Positions 5,493 through 7,672 of a stretch of 7,672 nucleotides of DNA are shown here, one piece after another. The stretch covers positions 1 to 7,672 of the forward strand of contig NQJD01000066.1 in the NCBI GenBank assembly GCA_004284765.1. Reading direction: 5' to 3'. Source of the stretch: Candidatus Electronema aureum (GTDB lineage: Bacteria; Desulfobacterota; Desulfobulbia; Desulfobulbales; Desulfobulbaceae). The number at the start of each line of letters is the position of its first letter. Position 1 is the stretch's first letter. The translations under genes were made by a program, and so were the position numbers. Below the pieces are notes generated by a model. That model was not told where the DNA came from. It did not search any database and worked only from the letters and a program-made list of their open reading frames with translations.

Positions 5493-6078
5493 CGAAAAAT
5501 TTATTGAACATGCAAATAAATTTTTAAGTACAAATATAAGTGAATCTGTAATCGAAGAAGTTAAAGAGATAAGGCAATACGATGAATCGCTGAAAGCTAC
5601 TGCCGCAAAGACTTCCAGTTATTCATTACAGAATGAAGCAGCAAGAGCTGCGTTAACTGAAAGTGGCTTTGATGTAGAGTCGGCACTTGAAGCATTGAGA
5701 GCTTATGATAATAACTTTCGGAAAGAGATAGATGCAACAAGAGGAATTATAGCAAAAGAAGCAGGCTTGGTATCTTTGAAAGATGAAATCTGTGCTACGA
5801 AGCCTTGCACTACTGCATATGAAGAAATATTGGCTTTTACTAAAGGACAAAGTGCAAAATCCATTGCTGAGTTAACAGAAGCAAATTTTTCCAATTGGAA
5901 CTCTGCTGGAGAAATATCGGCATTTGAAATGCAACAAACAGCTATTGATAAAATACAGAAAGAGATAGATGCAGTAAGAAGATATGCAGGAGATACTGTA
6001 GCAAGCAAAGCAGGCTTGGTAGCTTTAGCCTCTGCTGCTGAAGTTATAGCAGGTTATGATAAATTTGACAAAAAATAA
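5473..6078 (+). CDS. Continuation of the PIN-like protein in the +1 frame (C-terminal helical/repeat region); probably not an independent gene
   Basis: It begins ...QEMYRSEKFIEHANKFLSTNISESVIEEVKEIRQ, which resembles the F.MYs..rFle.A...l......eEv segment that follows the PIN-like core in full-length homologues. It overlaps the previous ORF by 26 nt in another frame. No Shine-Dalgarno precedes ATG 5473 or 5482. Stop is TAA 6076-6078. Confidence 0.6.
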   Translation: MQEMYRSEKFIEHANKFLSTNISESVIEEVKEIRQYDESLKATAAKTSSYSLQNEAARAALTESGFDVESALEALRAYDNNFRKEIDATRGIIAKEAGLVSLKDEICATKPCTTAYEEILAFTKGQSAKSIAELTEANFSNWNSAGEISAFEMQQTAIDKIQKEIDAVRRYAGDTVASKAGLVALASAAEVIAGYDKFDKK

Positions 6079-6101
6079 ACTGCCTTCAAGTCTTGAAACT
6101 G

Positions 6102-6133
6102 CCGGGTGGCCTTTATCCCTCACCGCCACCCGG
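6102..6133. terminator. GC-rich hairpin between convergent genes (candidate terminator; weak U-tract)
   Basis: CCGGGTGGC (6102-6110) pairs perfectly with GCCACCCGG (6125-6133), with a 14-nt loop. It is the only GC-rich element in an AT-rich convergent intergenic region. Only a distant TATTTTC follows on the plus strand. Confidence 0.4.
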
Positions 6134-6273
6134 ATTCGCAACTATTTTCAATTGATTTCAACATGCTTTCAAGAGAACGCACAAAATTTGCTTTAAATCA
6201 AATTTTACTGGCAAACATAGAATCCTATTAGCTGCCAGCGGAAAATCAATTATAGGCGATTTTAAGCAGCCTC

Positions 6274-7594
6274 TCATTCAAGATCAACGATAGCCTGTAA
6301 CTCATCAGGCAATGATTGTTCTTTTCCAATCACCTTTCGTTCAATAAGAGCTTTTTTCAGTACCTTCCTGTAGCTTATTTCCATCTGATTATTGACTTCA
6401 TCAATATTTTTTCTTTCGCATAATATTTCATCATGGACGCTTAAAATAAAAATTCCTTTCTTTATCATGAGTTCAGATAGGCAATCCGTAATAATATTAG
6501 AGTCATAATACATTGCCTTAATCCCAAAATCAGAGGTGATGAAGCTGTCTAGCAAGACCTTCTTCTTTCAGTTTTTTACAAATAGCAATAATTGCAGAAT
6601 GCTCACTCTCAGCATTAAATGCAACAAGAGCCACTATCTTAAATATATCTCTATATTCATTACCATATCCATTTATGATATACGGGTCTTCGCAATATGC
6701 GATTCCTTTTAAGTGATAAGCTAAACGAGGGTGCATTGCTTTAAAATCAAGTCTTGCTAAAGGCTCATCAGAATTATTCAAATATATATTCTTTCTGCAT
6801 ATCTTTGGAAGATTAACCTATAATCCACCATACCAACGCCCATGCAATGACCATGAATTTCTGGAATACACCCGAAACATACTTTTCTTGTTTATTTCAA
6901 AATACATTTTATTGATATTTAATAAATCATTGCCTTTCTTTCCAGCATATTCATTTCGTGGATTTACTCCATTGAAATCATTGCATATTTCGTAATTTTG
7001 AATTAGTAACGATAACCTTCCTCTAACCTCTCCCTTGTATTCCTTTACCTCTTCCCCTCTTTTATCTGTCACTATTATTAAATTATCTTTCATCGAAGAA
7101 AGTTTCTCTAAATATCTCAGACTATAGTAATTTCTATTATCTATTTCAATCTTGTCTGAATCTATTATTTCACAATTCAATTCTTTCAAGATTATGCTAT
7201 TACTCTTCATGTATCCATACATATCATCTACGAAAGAAACTTTATCAACGGTCATATCTTCAGCCTTAACTGTAATATTTGACTCTTGATAAATCTTATT
7301 AACTTTTTTTATAAACTCTTTATCTCTTCTTATCTCTACTGAATCTTCATATTTTACAATTTTTGTAAAATATTTAGTTTTCTTCCCTTCTTTAATCGAA
7401 ATTCTTTCTGTCTTAACAATCAAATCATGGTCTAAAATATTTTCAAATATAACATTTCCTTTAATAGGAGAAAATAAATGCCTTCCTTGATCACTGAATA
7501 CCATCCTTGACTCTTTCCCTCTCTTTTCAGATTTATCAAAAAAATGGTAATGGTGAACCATGAGTGGCAAAGCGGACGGCTCCCTAAAAAACAC
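6274..7594 (-). pseudogene. Compact family-A (Pol I palm)-like polymerase gene with an unrecognised N-terminal region; one in-frame TAG and one +1 frame change
   Basis: There are three minus-strand pieces. Piece 1 is 7594-6818, ending ...SWSLHGRWYGGL-TAG. Piece 2 is 6817-6530 in the same frame: VNLPKICRKNIYLNNSDEPLARLDFKAMHPRLAYHLKGIAYCEDPYIINGYGNEYRDIFKIVALVAFNAES... Piece 3 is 6555-6274 in the +1 frame: ...MYYDSNIITDCLSELMIKKGIFILSVHDEILCERKNIDEV..., ending at TGA. The motif order matches Pol I: TGRLSS..PNLQNIP; motif A DYSQIELRxxAHL; D(I/P)(H/Y) then R-x3-K (motif B); QGxAADI; motif C (Q/S)VHDE. Candidate starts are GTG 7594, ATG 7561 and ATG 7504. Confidence 0.7.
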
Positions 7595-7672
7595 ATTGAA
7601 TTTACCATTAAAAACAATATAATATTGAAAAAGTTGACTTCCGACTTGGTCTCAGTTTTCAGAGGGCGAATG

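Noticed and set aside
3769-6008. Antisense ORFs 3769-3981, 4032-4223, 4237-4446, 4443-4733, 4965-5183, 5653-5850 and 5703-6008 (all minus), and 5266-5448 (+)
   Set aside because: Each lies inside or opposite a better-supported coding region (the recombinases or the PIN-like gene). They have compositionally skewed translations and no start signals.
6568-6577. Programmed slippage at the A6 run (T6 on plus, 6572-6577) as the cause of the polymerase frame change
   Set aside because: The downstream (motif C) frame has a TGA at 6568-6570 immediately after the run. A shift at the run would therefore terminate at once, and the real switch must lie in 6533-6567. The required direction is +1, and no canonical slippery heptamer is in phase.
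7432-7617. 61-aa minus-strand ORF overlapping the 5' end of the polymerase-like gene
   Set aside because: It is an alternative frame of the same AT-rich segment. The long frame (7594-6818) is continuous with the motif-bearing downstream sequence, and this ORF is not.
1-7672. CRISPR array, rRNA genes, or IS element with terminal inverted repeats
   Set aside because: I found no regularly spaced direct repeats of 24-40 bp, no rRNA-like conserved stretches, and no transposase ORF. The only repeats seen are the short ones reported above.

Overview
A compositionally mosaic 7.7-kb accessory or mobile-element region in which most genes are broken. Family assignments come from motifs I recognise by eye; no database search, HMM or folding was run.

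Hand-counted GC on sample 60-nt lines: 19/60 (301-360), 40/60 (1201-1260), 35/60 (1501-1560), 14/60 (7081-7140).

Three genes look intact:
- a Phd/YefM-type antitoxin and VapC PIN toxin pair (3094->2428, minus strand);
- a small serine recombinase (3494-4087), which has a consensus sigma70 promoter and a res-like array of TGTCC half-sites upstream.

Five genes look damaged:
- a C11 (clostripain-like) peptidase with two in-frame stops (3-899);
- a P4-type tyrosine integrase in three frames, inside a ~1.3-kb GC-rich block (920-2053, minus), next to inverted copies of a tRNA-Leu-like 3' end (2258-2346);
- a 5'-truncated, multiply frameshifted second serine recombinase (~4180-4763);
- a PIN-like (DUF4935-type) protein split by an out-of-frame internal deletion (4797-6078);
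- a compact family-A (Pol I palm)-like polymerase gene with an unrecognised ~250-aa N-terminal region, carrying an in-frame TAG and a +1 frame change (7594->6274, minus).

The polymerase-like gene is the most unusual item. Next come a 34-bp patch (3303-3336) that joins two distant pieces of the recombinase pseudogene at a 7-bp microhomology, and the res-like site beside it.
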